Assembly (NCBI GenBank): GCA_043228905.1
Contig: JBHGNT010000010.1
Location: 11,904,001 to 11,968,000 of the forward strand
Length of the DNA stretch: 64,000 bases
Reading direction: 5' to 3'
From: Azolla caroliniana
Lineage: Eukaryota; Plantae; Polypodiophyta
The notes beneath the pieces are model-generated. The model was not told where the DNA came from. It searched no databases and saw nothing but the letters and a program-made list of their open reading frames with translations. Shown piece by piece: positions 45,331 to 60,300 of this stretch. The number at the start of each line of letters is the position of its first letter. Position 1 is the first letter of the stretch. Position numbers and translations under genes: made by a program.

Positions 45331-46734
45331 TGAAGACAGCCAAAGAGAAGACGAAGAAGAAAGTGTACAAAGAAGAAAAGAAATAAAAAAGAGAAGAAGG
45401 GCAAAGAGGAGAATTTCACAAACTTAAGGGTATCCATTAAAATTTCAAAATTTTGAGGGTTGCGGTCGAGAAGAGTTGCCATGGCGAGTGGGTTCACTGT
45501 GCAATGCACTGTCACACAGGCGTGCCATGTGTTACCTGTAAGAATATACGGGGAGGCATAAGGGGTGGAACATGATAATGTGGTTGATATGGATGTCTAA
45601 TATGAATGGGTGTATGAGGATGAGTATGTGTATGAACACATGCACATTTGTGTGCATGTGTACAAAGGTGAGAAAGTGGGTAAGTAATGTAACTCCCTAC
45701 TTGTCTCATTCGTTATTTGTAACAATTACCTCTTGTACTATATAAACCCTACCCATGGGTATAATGTAATGTAATGTAACTTTTTCTCTCTCATTTTGAT
45801 GTTGTGTCGTTGTTTCACTCTCCTTCTCTCTCTGTCTCTCTATCGTAACCCCCTTGGGAGGGGGGTGGAGCCATTCTAGGCTTCACCTCCCAACCCATCA
45901 ACATTTTTGGCATGCTTGGTGATCTCTGATGTTCACAGCCGAACATCAAGGAATGGATATCTAGCCGCCAAAGCAGTTGTAAAGGAATACGTGCGGAAGC
46001 GTGTGCATAAAAGACATAGAGTACACAGTTCAGAAATATGATAGTTCGATGAAACACAGAAAACGCAGAGAGAAGAAGAAGAGGGAGAGACACACAGAGA
46101 GAGCAAATAACAGTTCTATTCCAAGAAAATAACACTTTGTACATAGAATGTGCTTAGGGAGCACTTTTATACAAGTCCATACGAACTGGCAGAAGTACTG
46201 ACACGTAATTTAATGTTCATCAATGAGCCTCTACACTAACTCCCAAAATATATTCCTCCGTGGAATATCTTTCCAATGGCCTCCTGGTTTACGCACCACT
46301 ACGGCCTCTCGTTGCTCACCCGGTTTACGCACTCAGTCTAAGCACTGGTTTACGAACCCATTTACGCACCCAATGTTGAACTTGTATCTCAACACTCCCC
46401 CTCAAGCTCAACTTGAGGTTCTGCCTGCTCTTCCAAATCTTTGTTCCAGTGTGGTGTGAATCTTCACACACTATGTCAAAAATAATAATAAATAATAATA
46501 ATAAATAATAAAATAAGTACTTTATATTAGCTTAATGGCATGTTATAGAAGATGGATGTTTAAGAAGATAGGGAAAATAGAACTATTATTTATCCCACAT
46601 AGATACGAAACTTAAGGCCCTGGCTATATAAGCACCTTGAGTCCCTCATTTTACATTTCTATTAAGAACACTTTGGCCACTTTTTCTAGAAGGATAAATG
46701 TGGCTAAGTTCCCAAAACTGGCTGGCAATAAAAT

Positions 46735-47225
46735 GGAACCGGTCGGGAATGGGAACCAAACCAGAACCAGCCGGCAAGCTAACTAGAACCGGTTGACAAG
46801 CAAACCGGAACCGGAACCGGTAAGCTAACCTAAACCGGTGGCAAGCTAACCTAAACCGGTGGCAAGCTTACCGGAACCGATCGGCAAGCAAATCCAGAAC
46901 CGGCCGGTAAGCAAATCCGGAAACCAGTCGAGAAGCAATCCGGCACCGGCCAGTAAGCAATCCAGAAGTCCCGATAAGCGAAATCGGAAATCGGAACCGG
47001 GACGGTAAGCAAAACCGGAAACCGATTAGGAAGCAAACCGGAACCGGGCCGGTAAGCAAAATCGGAAACCGGCCGGTAAACAAAACCGGAACTGGGCCGG
47101 TAAGCAAATCTGAACCGGCGAGGCAGCGACAATCGACGACCAAACGAAACCGGCGACCGGACGAGGCAGCGACAATCGGCGACCAAACGAAACCGGCGAC
47201 CGGACGAGGCTGGACGCAAACCGAA
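46735..47225. repeat. Imperfect minisatellite (AACCGG...AAGCAAA units) in the copia 3' region
   Basis: Many AACCGG/TAAGCAAA repeats, plus two ~45-bp copies at ~47120-47210. Confidence 0.8.
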
Positions 47226-48689
47226 TGGATAAAAGGATCATGTGGCTAATTAAAGTAAAGTGAAGAAAACTAAAGTAAAGGCCATGTGGACTCAAGCAAT
47301 TAAAGTTGGAGTGCATGCATAAAGTAAAGGTGATGTGGAAGGTAGCAACAAAAAGTGGACATGCATATGATCAACGAGGAACTCCATATAAATTTCCATT
47401 TTTTTTTTTCCTACACTCGGGCTCTCTCCATATTATCTTAATTTTTTTTCTTTTCTTTCTGAGCTCTCTTATCTTATCAAAGCCAAGAACCCTAAATTTC
47501 ATTACAGAAGTAATAAACCCTAATTTTCCCTACGGAAGCCATATAATTTTCCTATCAAATCCGTATCTTAGTTTCTTCTAATCTATTATTCTAGTAATCT
47601 CCATAAGCTAAAACTTTTGTAATCCCAATCTTGGGATTGATTGTAATTTTTCTTTTCTATTTATTAAGGAAATTTGTCAATCTTTCTCATTTTCCATTAA
47701 TTGTTTAATATAAGCATACAAATTTGATATCTTCCGGTTGAAGCCCCGGGGTCTTGCCTCAAAGTTCACGTATCCTCGTCGTAATTTCGCGACACCGGCT
47801 TCTCCTGGCTTCATGCCTTGCTCGCGCTCCTCGAACCGTTCGATTCCGCGTGCTTCGACCCTTTCGGTGCGCTTGTCTACTCGTGCGGCCTTTCTCAGCT
47901 CCCTTGTTGTCGCGGTGTTGGCGCCTCTTTCGCTGCCCTTTCCTCCGCTTGGCCTTCAGTTGATTCGGCATGTCCAAATTGAACATTTCAATTGAATCGG
48001 TCGCTTCTGATTCATCTCCGATGTCGTCTCCAATTCATCTTCTTTGTTCAGGCCCTTGACCACATCCGACCATGTCTTGGTCTTGGCCTTTTCGCCCTTC
48101 TTGGCTTTATCTCCCCCTAGCTCGGCTATCTTCGCCTCTTCCCTATGGTTGTCGTCCCTTTCTTCTCCTTCAGCTTCTACAACTGACCCGAAATCGAATT
48201 CTTCATCCGACTCAAAATCACGGTCACTTCCGCTCCTCTCACGTTCTTGTTCTTGCCTCCTATTAGAGATCTAGGTACTAAAGTAAGCTTAAGATAAGGA
48301 TAAACTAATGATAGATAGAAAGGAGAAAGAGAAAGAAGGGTGCCGATCCACCCGACCACCCCGAGCGAAGGGATCGAGACGGACTCGAGCCTCGATCAGC
48401 GTCCCATACCACCGTCGTGGCGTCGAGTCGTACCTGGTGCTGGCGCGCTCGCTACAAGAGTTGACCCACCACAAGAGCAGAGTCTCGATGTAGTCAAAAG
48501 ATCATCAAATGAGGGTAGCTAGGCCTCTTATTTATAGCGATACCCAAGGCCCCCAAGCAAGTTCACACTTGACCTAATGGGTTGTCTCAATCCCGAGGAT
48601 TAAAAGTAATCCTCCCCTTCTTTACACTCTCGTTTAACCCTCACACTTATCCACGTGTATAGAATACTACGGTAAAGTCTCACCACGGG

Positions 48690-51600
48690 ATATTAAATGG
48701 TCATGCTCATAACACCTCCCCCTCAAGTTCGGCACGTCGAGGTGGCGCAACCCAAGCGCACCCAAGAATTTCAGCAACTTGTTGAAACCAAGAGGCTTGG
48801 TGAAAATATCGGCAGTCTGTTGACCCTTCGAAACATACACTAGTTCAATGTCACCGGAGATGACACGCTCGCGGAAAAAATGGTAGTGCAACTCACTGTG
48901 CATGGTCCGGGCGTGGAATACAAGGTTTTTTGCAAGTTGGATGTTGCTGAGGTTGTTGCAATAGATCGTCGTCAGAGTGGGCACCTCCACATGCAGATCC
49001 TTGAGTAGCCTTTTGAGCCAAATGACTTCGCATGTAGCGATAGCCACCCCTCGGTACTCGGCCTCCGTGCTCGACAGTACCATTGTCGTTTGCTTCTTAT
49101 TTATCCACCGATCACCGCACTTCCCAACGAGAATGTGTATCCTGATGTTGATCTACGATCGCTGGCATTTCCGGCCCAATCAGCATTCATGTAGCCAACT
49201 AATTGTTTGACTAGTCTTGCCTGATATAGCAACGCCATGTCCTTAGTGCCGCTTATATATCGCAATATTCTCTGCACGCACTGAAAATGTTCGGACGTGG
49301 GCTACGACATAAATTGACTGATCAAGTCGACCGGGTAACTAAGATCCGGCTGAGTGATCGTCAAATAGATTAGGCTTCCGACGATCTATCGGAACCGTGT
49401 CGGGTTGAACGCCTTTCTCGAATCTTGACGAAGCTTTGCGTTTCTATCCAGAGGGGTCCAGATGGGTTTACAATCTGTCATCCTGAACTTGAAAAGCATA
49501 TTCAATACATAGTGATGTTGGCAGATCACTTGGATCCCTAGGAAGTAATGAAGGTCCCCTAGATCCTTCATGTCAAATGATGCCGCAAGCTGAGACTTTA
49601 CGCGACCGATTTCATCTAGGTCGGCACTAGCGATGACTAGATCATCAACATAAAGTAAAAGACTAACCGGTCCATGTTGTCCTTGTCGGACGAACAATGA
49701 AGACTCCGATTTGGACGTCGTAAACCCCATACGATGTAGACACTACGTGATCTTCGCGTTCCATGTGGGCGAGGCTTGCTTTAGTCTGTAGAGGGACTTC
49801 TTTAGTCGGCAAACTGCCGAGGTGTTCTAGTCGGATAGAAATCCGGGGGGTTGTACCATGTACACATGTTCCTCAAGATCACCTTGCAGGAACACATTCT
49901 TTACATCCATCTAATGTAAGTGCCACCCCTTCGCCGTTGCTACGGCCAACAAAACATGGACAGTGGTCATCTTCGCGACAAGCGCGAAGGTCTTGTCGTA
50001 ATCGACGCCATGGTTCTATGCGTAGCCTTTCGCCAATAACCGGCCCTTGTATGGGTTGACTGAGCCGTCGATGTTGTACTTCACCTTGTACACTCATCTG
50101 CATCCGATCGACTTCACACCTTTAGGTGCGCCAACCAGGTTCCAAGTCTCATTGTCTGATAATGCGTGCATCTCTTCCTTCATTGCGGCACACCAAGCTG
50201 CGTCCTTCGCCGCTTCTACGTAGCTCTCCAGCTCACGCACTTCCGCCACTCGCATCATGTATGCGTAATGATGCACCATGTACTCGTTGTATCCGAAGTG
50301 CACCATGGGGTTCTTCTAGCAGGTAGATCGGTGTACTTGCTCATTAGCCGATTTTGAGGCCCTCTTCACCGATCCGGACTTTGTTTCCGAAGGTTCGTAT
50401 TCGTTCTTCTCGGAGTCAGATTCACTTTGATCCGACTCATCCTTTTCAGTGTTGTACTCTGGCATCTTCTTCTTTCCCTTCTCTTCACGCGTAAGCCGTC
50501 TCCTCAGCTTCTTGCGCGGGGAATGCACGACTGAATCACCACTACTCGTCGACTCTACGTCTGACTGGTCATGCCGACTCAATCGCTCATTCGGCCCACT
50601 TAGCCTGAATGAGATCGAACTCTCTTCAGGAGCTCTGATGTCTCCTTCTTCCTGAGGCATTTCAGCCTCGCTAACCTCTTCGTCAATGATCGGAATGGAG
50701 TCGTAAGTGGTTGGAGGCGAAGGCAAGTACCATGACGCGAACTTGTTGAACACAACATCACAACTTACACGAGCTTGTTTGGTTCGGGGGTTATAACACT
50801 TATAACCCTTTTGTTCGTCCGAGTAGCCAACTAAGATACACTTCTCGGCTTTGGCGTCCAACTTCCTCCGTTTCTCCTTCGGCACATGCACATACGCGAT
50901 GCTACCGAAAACCCTCAAGTGTGCCAAGTTCGGCTTCTTCTTGAAGTACAATTCATGTGGCGACACTCCTCCATTAGCAAAAGTTCGATTCTGTAGGTAA
51001 ACAGCTGTCCTTACAGCATCAGGACAATAAAATTTTGGCATATGCTTCTCTTTGAGCATTGCCCTGGCCGCCTCTTCAATCGTCCGATCTTTCCGCTCAG
51101 CCACACCGTTATGTCGTGGCGTGTATCTGCAAGAGATTTCGCGCCGAATTCCTTTGTCCTGCAAATAATTCGAGAACTGGTCGGAGAAGTACTCCTTCCC
51201 ACCATCGGACCTTAGGCACTTGATCTTTCGTCTAGTTTCCCTTTCCTCAAGGCTCTTTACCTTCAGGAAACATGTGAAGACTTCGCTCTTTTTTGCGATC
51301 AAGCAAGCCCAAGTGTGTTGAGAGAAGTCATCGGTGAAAGTCACGAAATATCGGCTTCCACCGAGACTCACGTTCTGTGCCGGTTCCCATACATCCGAAT
51401 GGATCACATCGAGCGGATTTCAACTCCGGTTACACTCGTTGGGGAATGGAAGTCGGTCATGCTTTCCCAACTGGCAGGCTTCACAAACTTGGCCCTTTCG
51501 GCCACTGAATTTGGGCAAGTCGAAAATGATCTTTTTCGTCTGCATTTCTTGAAGCTTTCGGATATTTACGTGGCCAAACCGCTTGTGCCAGAAGTCAATA

Positions 51601-52803
51601 TCCGATTCGACCTTTTGCCCTTTCGCGAACATAGCGGTGCCTACGTCGTTGGTCTCGAGGGTAAACATCATCCCTTCACGGTGCCCTTGCACAATTATCT
51701 TGCCTTCCTCTTCGATGTAGCAACCAAGATGCGTGAATCGAACTTGCATCCCCTAGTCGATGATCTGTTCGACCGACACTAGGTTCTTGGTTATTGTCGA
51801 GGCGTGTAGCACGTTCATGAGTTTCCCTTTATGCCCGACGTGGTTGAGGGGAACTTCTCTGACATGTTCGATGGTATGTGAAGTGTCATCTCCAGTTTCG
51901 ACCACTCCTTGTTTTTCCAGTTTCTCCAAGTACGAGAACCATTCCTCATGACTCGTCATATGATTTGACACTCCAGAGTCAACATACCACACCTCGTTTA
52001 GTTTCGAGGTGTTCACCACCATCGAATTGGCCTTGTGCTTTATTACGAAGGTTGGGCCCGATCCATTTTCGGCTCGTTCAGAGCCCTCAACATAGTGCGA
52101 TCGCTGCCAATTTCCTTGTTCGGTCCGCCCGGATCCGGATGCGGTTTTCTCAAAATTTACACGTTTCTTCCAACACTTGCTCTGCCTATTGCCTTTCTTG
52201 CCACAATACCAGCATTCCGCGGCGGGTTTCCTTGCCGGTTTCCAGCGCCGCCTCGAGTCCCCCTACTTCTGGAGGGTCCGGAACTACTATTAGTATTACG
52301 ACCATGCCTTCCATCTTGCTCCTGTTGGCCGCGTCCATTGTGCGCTGACTCGCCTCGCCTACCATGACCACAGGGCCTATCTTCCTTCGTGTACAACATC
52401 TTGTTGTCGTCGTGTGTACTCGTTGACGCACCCGCGTGGTTCTCCTCTACTAGGAGCATCGATTGTAAGTCGAAAACGACGGTGTATTCTCCCTCGTACA
52501 GACCACAGTTCAGAAAGCTCCGAACTTCGACGTTGACCCTCCGAGGCAAACCTGCACCATTTCGTCCTCCTCGACATTTACATCAACGGAGGCAAGAGAG
52601 TCGCAGATGTCCTTCATCTTGGAGGTGTTGACAGCCACCGACATATCTCGTTGTCGAACATTGCTCAACTCTTGCCTGAGTGTGAGCTTTCTGGTTGTGG
52701 TGCTTGTGGCGAAAATCTTTTTCAGATTTCCCCAAGCATCCTTTGGCATCTTCGCATCCCAATGTAGTTTAGAAGCTGATCGCCCACACAAGATGCAAAG
52801 CAA
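48690..52803 (-). pseudogene. Copia gag-PR-INT-RT-RNase H polyprotein remnants
   Basis: WYVDSG.SNHMT, WHKRFGH...CEAC, IHSDVW, RSDGGKEY, LYVDD, SSTEAEY, in copia domain order. Confidence 0.93.
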
Positions 52804-55800
52804 TAGAGAACTCTGCTTGCCACCTGTTCCCAGGCCGGGAAATCTCTGTGTGTCGATTCGGGTGTTGCATCATTACCTCCATCGACATAACTCTAGTAAC
52901 CATGACCGAGCAGGTACTGGTGCATCTTGTAATACCAAGATGCGTAGTTGCTCCTGTCGAGCTTCTAAGTCGGTAGCGAGCTTCCCATTCCTTTGTCCAT
53001 ATTGTTGTCATATCTTTTCCAAAATTGGAAAAACTTGACTCTGTCTTTATCCTTGCTTTTCTGTCGGCTACAAAGGAGTCTCAACCCTCACGCTCTAATA
53101 CCATGTAAAGGAATACGTGCGGAAGCGTGTGTGTAAATGACACATAGTACACAGTTAAGAAATATGACAGTTTGGTGAAACCCAAAAAACACAGAGATGA
53201 GAAGAAGAGGAAGAGACAGAGAGAGAGAGAGTAGACAAGAGTTCTATTCCAAGAAAATAACACTCTGTACATAGGATGTGCTCAGAGAGCACTTTTATAC
53301 AAGTCCATACGGACTAACAAAAGTACGGACACGTACTTCAATGCTCATCAATGAGCCCCAACACAAACTCCCAAAATATATTCCTCCGCGGAATATCTTT
53401 CCAACGGCCTCCTGGTTTACGCACCGCTACGGCCTCTCGTTGCGCACCTAGTTTACGCACTCAGTCTACGCATTGGTTTATGGACCGGTTTACACACCTA
53501 ATGTTGAGCTTCTATCTCAACAGCAGCAAAGAACCAATTTGTAAAGTTCGATGAGAGACCCTGGACGAAACCCGGAGGGCAATAGAACGCGTTGCGCAGA
53601 AAGCACGCCTCAACAACTGCTTGCCATATCTCTTGGAGAGTACACTCTAGTCGACGCTCACTAACAAAGCAGAACTGGGCTGGAGGTCCTACCCCACTTC
53701 ACCACAGTAATGAAACCACCAACTCAACACACGCCTCCCCACAATGCATCGATAGTAGTTATCCCACCTCATGACAATATACTGCAATGACTTTCTCGTA
53801 CCCTCGCTTCCGCGGAGAAATCGACACCGAAGGGCACACTCCGTCGTTCTTAAATGTTTGGAACGCCAACCATGTATCGTAGAGGCTTCCGGAAGCCGAA
53901 GCTCATGCCTCCAATATTGCGGAGTTTGGCCTGACCCTCAACGGATGTGCCGCCCATTGGCATGCCCAACTCGATATTGTGGCTTTCGCCTCCATCGACC
54001 AACTCTAGTCAGCGTTTTTACGCTTCTTTCACCAAAGCATTCCGCAAAGCGAAATTATCGGCCACTTTTACTCTATTCGGCAACTCTAGCAAGAGACAGT
54101 CGTTGCCTTTAGCCTACAATTCCAGAATCTAAGGCGCCAGATGACGAGAGCTCCCACAAAAGAGGAGGCTAAAGAAACTTTCTTGGCTGCCTTGCGCTGA
54201 CCGTTGCGGACGACATTGGGAATGCAAGACTTTACGGGACAGAAGACGGACATGGTCATTGAACGGGTTTTGTAGATGGCATTAGAGGACGAAGATGATG
54301 TCATATCCATGATGACATTATGACATGCATTACCCTGGGATGAGGAGTATCATTTTCGGCAGGCTGTGCAGTGCACTATATGCCTGAATCCAGCACATTC
54401 GGTGGTCGATTGCAACATGCAGTCCACTACCCTATCTGTCACTCTCGGGCACATATGGTGGACCAATGCGAATATAATATGTTAAATCATCCTATAGCAT
54501 CGATACACCATATCGAGCCTCTGTGTACTAACAGAAACGACCAGAGTCGCTAAGAGGAGCCTGCCGGAATTCTGGGCGCAACCATCATTTGGGTCGTCCT
54601 AGTTGTCCTCATTATGACAATGATCCATATTCAAAGGATGAGGATCATGTGGAAGAGGAGTACCCAAGAAATGACCGCTATAGTCCTCAAGGAGGATGAC
54701 ACTACAACAATCGGTGTCCCACTAACACTCGTGGTGGCCAGGCCGAGCCGCGCTCATACGGTGGAAACCGACAAGCGCGTAATCAATGGGTCCACGATGA
54801 GAGTTCCGAGGATGAGCGTCGCCAAGATAATCTTCGCAAGTATCTCCAGAGGCCTCGTAATAACATGCATTATCAACGATCTCGAGAAGAGCAGGCGCCA
54901 CTAGCAAGCCGGTAGCACCACCAGTCGTCGAGAAAGGTGAGTCTAGTGTCCATTGTTTTATTTGCCAACAACCAGGACATTACGTGACTCAATGCCACAA
55001 CGCGATAAGGGGAAGGGAACAGCCGTGAACACAATCACGACGGAAGTCCAACAAGTGACGACCCGTAATAAGGACAAGACCATTGAATGGGCGGAGTAGG
55101 ACGAGATTTGTGAAGCTGTTAAAGCTTGGGTCTAGAAGGCAAATGAAGCCAATGTTAACCGCATGCACCAGGAGCTAGCGAATGCTGCTTCATCTTCCCA
55201 CAACCAAGAGATGACATTAGTGGAGGATCTGATATGGCAAGAACTTGCCAACTATGAGATTACCTTAACAATGGATAAGTTATTAAACCTAGTTCCCCGA
55301 TTCCGACAGACTATAGAAACACGAATGTGGGGCATGGACAGAGTTGAAATTTTGACAAATTTTACAAAATCTAGTACGGGGCCAACAATGATTGACCATC
55401 AGAATCCATCCATCAAGGTGGTTCTGCAAGGACAGGAAGTCATAGGATGTATTATAGATGGAGGTTCTAGGGTAAACGTTACCAATAAGGCCACATGTAA
55501 TCGGCTCGGCATTACGAAGTGGGAAGTGTGCCCATTCTGGCTCCGTATGGTGGATACACATTTCGTCCGACCTTTGGGGTTGGTCCGAAAATTAAAAATC
55601 GTGATAGGTGGCCATTCCTTCGAAATTGCAGCCGTTGTTCTTGCTCTCGACGCCCCGGGTGCATACCCTATTTTGCTAGGTTGCCCATGGTTACGTTCCG
55701 CTAATATCAACTAGAACTGGCAATTTAACAACATTAGCTTCTAACGGGGTCGTGCCAAGGTTCGGGTTCCGACGTAGGAGACCACATCACCCATACAAGC

Positions 55801-57331
55801 GATAACACCACTATATGCAGAAGAGGTCAACATGTTGGAAGGACTGGACGAAACGGAACTCGAGGCATACCTAGACGAGAATTCAAGAATAATACTGTTG
55901 TTCGAGATAGAAGTTCTAGAAACAGTGAACGAATACGTCGCGTCAGCCACACAAGGTAAGGAGGATTATGAACCGGACTCGGAATCATTGCGGGAACTGA
56001 GTAAAGCGCGTGATGCGTTTGATTGAGAAATGGAGATCTCGCGACGAGTCACAACATCGGCCTTGGAAGAAATTGATGTAGGGACTATCCATAACAAAGG
56101 ACCTGAAGCTTGCCGAAAGAGTAGCAATGATCATCCTATTATGGGAGTACAATAACGTGTTTGCGTGGTCACACGAAGAAATGAAGGGATTGGACCCCAA
56201 GTTTTACCAACTCCAAATCAATTTGGCAACGTTGGTGACGCTACCGTATGAACCCGAATTACGCGGCACGCGTAAAGGAAGAAATCAATGAACTTTTAAA
56301 AATTGGGTTCATTAGACTGGTAAAGCAAGCCACATGGCTTAGTCTGATTGTAGTCGTACCGAAAAAAAACAGCAAAATCAGGGTTTGCGTCGACTATCGC
56401 AAATTGAATGTAGTTACGATCACAAACGCCTTTCCCATGCCGTTTACAGATAGCGTACTTGATGTCGTGGTAGCCCACAAAATGTATAGCTTCCTGGATG
56501 GGTTTAGTGGGTACAATCAGATATGCATGCATCCAGATGACCAGGAGAAAGCCGCCTTCGAAACAGATTGGGGAGTCTTCGTGGTCATCGTCATGATGTT
56601 CTGGTTGAAGATTTCCCTAGCAACGTTCCAACGCATCATCACTGAAATTTTTGGCGAGTTCATTCCCACATTCATGCAAGTGTTTCTCGATGACTTTGCG
56701 ATTTATGGAACGCGAGCAGATCATTTAGGGCATTTACAACTACTGGAGCGATGTCGTTCAGCACGATTCAGCCTCAATCCAGCCAAATGCGTGTTCAGGG
56801 TCATGAGCAAAGCCCTTCTCGGGCGCATAGTAAGCAAAGATGGTATCATGGTGGATCCCGGAAAAATCAAAGTCATCGTGGAGGCTCCAGCCCCATGTAA
56901 CACCAAAGCTTTGAGTTGTTTCTTGGGGCAGATTCTTTGGCACAACCGCCTGCTCCGCTACCTAACGGATTTCACTACGCCATTACACGCAGCACTGCAT
57001 TGCACTCCTTTCAAGTTGACGGTGGAAGAAGATAAGGCATACTTAGTGCTAAAAGTAATGCTTATGCATGCGTAAGTCGTATAGCCTCCAGTTTGAAAGA
57101 AGTCACTTCACGTGTTCGTGAATGCATTCAACATAACCATCGGTAGCGCACTCATGCAGCTAACCAAGCCGAACTGGTATCGGCCAGTGTACTACTATAG
57201 CCACAAATTAACAGACACCAAATGTAATTACTCCACGACAGAGCCTGAAGCATTAGGAATGATATATAACGTTAACAAATTTCAGCATAACCTACTAGGC
57301 CGAAAGTTCACCTCTCACAATGATCACGCGT

Positions 57332-60300
57332 TCTCGTGCCTTTCGGCCCGGATCGTTGCGTGAGTCGGGTGGGAACCGTTGGGGTTTTGGACTAGGAGGA
57401 GGAAGAATTTGAGACAATTTTATAGTTATGTATAGATTATTAGAAAGAGAGATAGAAACTTGTGAATCCCACAAGTATAGATTATTAGATTTATTAATAT
57501 TTAGAATCCTAATAACAATTTATCATAAATTGGAAGAGATAGATTATATAAAACTTCGTGAATCCCACGATTCTATTTTATTATTGGTGTTTTAGGAAAT
57601 ATATCCAATTTCCCAAATATTTCACACACCTTTTACATTGTGCTCCCCATCCTTATGTAGTGATGAGTGAGTCTTAGTAATCCGTGCTTTTCCTATAGAT
57701 AGACTATATGCTTAATCTAAAGTGATCATGCTTTTTCTAACTTGTGCGTTTTTTATCGACTATAGCATTTATGCACGCTAGATGTGCATGCATAGCTTTT
57801 TCTTTTAGCATGCGTTTTTCTTTTAACTAAAGTTTATCCTACATGAACTTACCCTTTTTATGTGGGACATCTACTTTTTAACACAAATGAAATGCTAGTG
57901 TAATGGTAAGGTTTCACATTATTAACATGAAGGTGCAAGGTTTGAATCTTGCCCTATGCATGTTATATATATTTTAATATTTTCTACTATTTATTCATAT
58001 TTATTAAATCGGTACTTTATAAGTTTTTCACGTAGTGTACGAAATACACTACGACACTCGCCCCCTCTGAACCCGCACATCCTCCGGTATGTGCCGAAGT
58101 TGTCGGTGATTGTTAGTCTCGTCCGTCTGTTCTCCGCATGGTTGGTTTCGTCACCAGTCATTTTTGGTTGTCGGCCCCGTTCGGTCTCCGGTTTTTGGTT
58201 GCCGACTCCGCCCGGTTTCCAGTTCTGGTTGCAAGCTCTATCTGGTCTCCAATTAGCGGCCCTCGTAATTCTTCTTTACTTGTAGTACCCTTTGTTTCTC
58301 TTGCTATGTCAACTTTGTCTCTCCATTTTGAACACATCCATTCTTTCCACCCGAACCATTGTCGCCATCCGATCCACCATAGTCTTCGTTCGCTTTTTGC
58401 ATTGCTATGGCCCGCTTGGTCCTTGTCATCCGTGGTAATATCTTTGCTTGGCCTCTTCCTTGTCTTTATCAATATTGATTTCTTTTCGGATCTCCGGTTG
58501 AGTCGGATTAGCTTCTTTCTGATTCGGTATCGTCTGATCGTCTTTCGGTTGGATCGGCTTCCATTCCAATTCGTATTCGGCTGATTCGGACTCGGTTGAT
58601 CGGTTTTTACCGATTCAGCCCCCTTCCGGATCTGTGTCGACCGATCGGTTTCCGTCCAGATTTTCTTTCTTTTCTTTGTTTTCACCGGTGTTGACCGGTT
58701 TGACTTCCAGAACTTCTTTCCGGATCGGTCTCGTTCGATCGACTTCCGGTTGGAATGATTTCCATCCGTGTCGAACTCTCGGATTTTGTCCGGATCCACT
58801 TCCGCTTGCTTTAGCTTTCTTTTAGACCGGAATTTCGGACGGATCATCTTCCATCCGAACCGGCATCCAACTTTACCTTCCTTGCCGCCATCTCCCGTCT
58901 CTCCATCGTATGAATTGGCTTCAACCTTTGTTTTCTCTCCATCACCTTCCGTCTCTTCGGTCTCACGTTGCCTTTCGAACGTAACCGCCAAAGTCTCTAG
59001 AATCAATGGTGGGGAAGTCTCGATATGGCCATCCGCCATTGATTCGTCCATAGCCACCTTCGATTCGATGTCATCTTTTGTGGCGACCTCCTCAATCAAG
59101 GCCTCCTTGCTCTCTTTCACTGCATCAATTATGCAAACATCAATTATGCTTACCCCTTTTCACCCGATGTTTCGGACACTTGTATTCCGAAATCTTCTTC
59201 TACACTTGGGTTATCGGCCTTATCCTTCGCCGTTGATCTTTCGCAAGACAAGAGGGTAGCTTGTTTTACACCCTCTTCCGTCGCACCATCATGTTGTATT
59301 TCGGCCTTCATATCGGCTCCATCGTTTGTCTTCAATCGACCATCCTTCATCGGCCATGTCGTTGACAAGATTCTCATCTTCCTCTCATCATGTCTCCGGC
59401 ATACCCTTTGGACTTCGGCCCAATCTTCGGTAAGACCGTTCGCACCGTCATCAACTTCGAGCTCGATCCCGATGTCCATCCTTTCTTTCCAATTAATCAA
59501 TCTTACAAACATTAGGACTTTATCCTCCCCCACCAATCGTTTTTCCCACTCCGAGTCGAGCAAAACGATGCTCGAACTCTAGGAATGCTTGTGTTGCACT
59601 TCGGTGGGTCTTCTCCGATGCCACCCATTCGTCAAACTCACGTCGATCTCATCCCTTCAATCTCTCGTAGTCATATGCCTCTCGTAAAGCTTCTTCAAAG
59701 GACCCCCATGTTGGATTTTGTTGCCGCATCTTGTAGATTCTTTCTTGTAACTCATCCGTGGCCACCCGACTGAAGGATATCACTTGCAATCCTTCCGGTA
59801 TCCCACATCGCATCATCTCCGCTTTGTAGTCACGTAGATAGTGTGACACATCATTTCTGTTGAATTGCCCGTTTCATTGCACAAGCCGCTCTACTGTCGA
59901 CTTCATCTCCGACATCGCACATTGCTCTTGTTGCATCCGCTCAATCATCAGCATCATCATGCTCATCACCTCTTGTTGATTCTCCATCTCCTTGCCACCC
60001 GTCTTCACGTCGGATTCACCAAATGTGTCGTGCCTTTCGACACCGGATCGTTGCGTGAGTCGGGTGGGAACCATCGGGGTTTTGGACTAGGAGGAAGAAT
60101 TTGAGCCTAATCTAGTTATGAATATGAATAGATTATAAAAAAGAGATATAGAAACTTGTGAATCCCACAAGTATAATTGTTTTAGTTTATCTTAATCGTA
60201 GTAATAAATTGAAATAGTTTAGAATAGATTAGAGTAGATTGAGAAAAGAGATCAAACCTTGTGAATCCCACAAGTATTACATTAATCAATATTTATGTAA

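Larger units (their letters stand above)
45978..53522 (-). mobile_element. Full-length decayed Ty1/copia element
   Basis: LTRs 45978-46394 and 53104-53522, TSD GCAGT/GCAGC, iMet-like PBS TGGTATTAGAG next to 53103, PPT TTGAGGGGGAG. Confidence 0.92.

Noticed and set aside
46735-47225. CRISPR-like array
   Set aside because: Units are degenerate and abutting, with no unique spacers and no cas genes; the context is eukaryotic.
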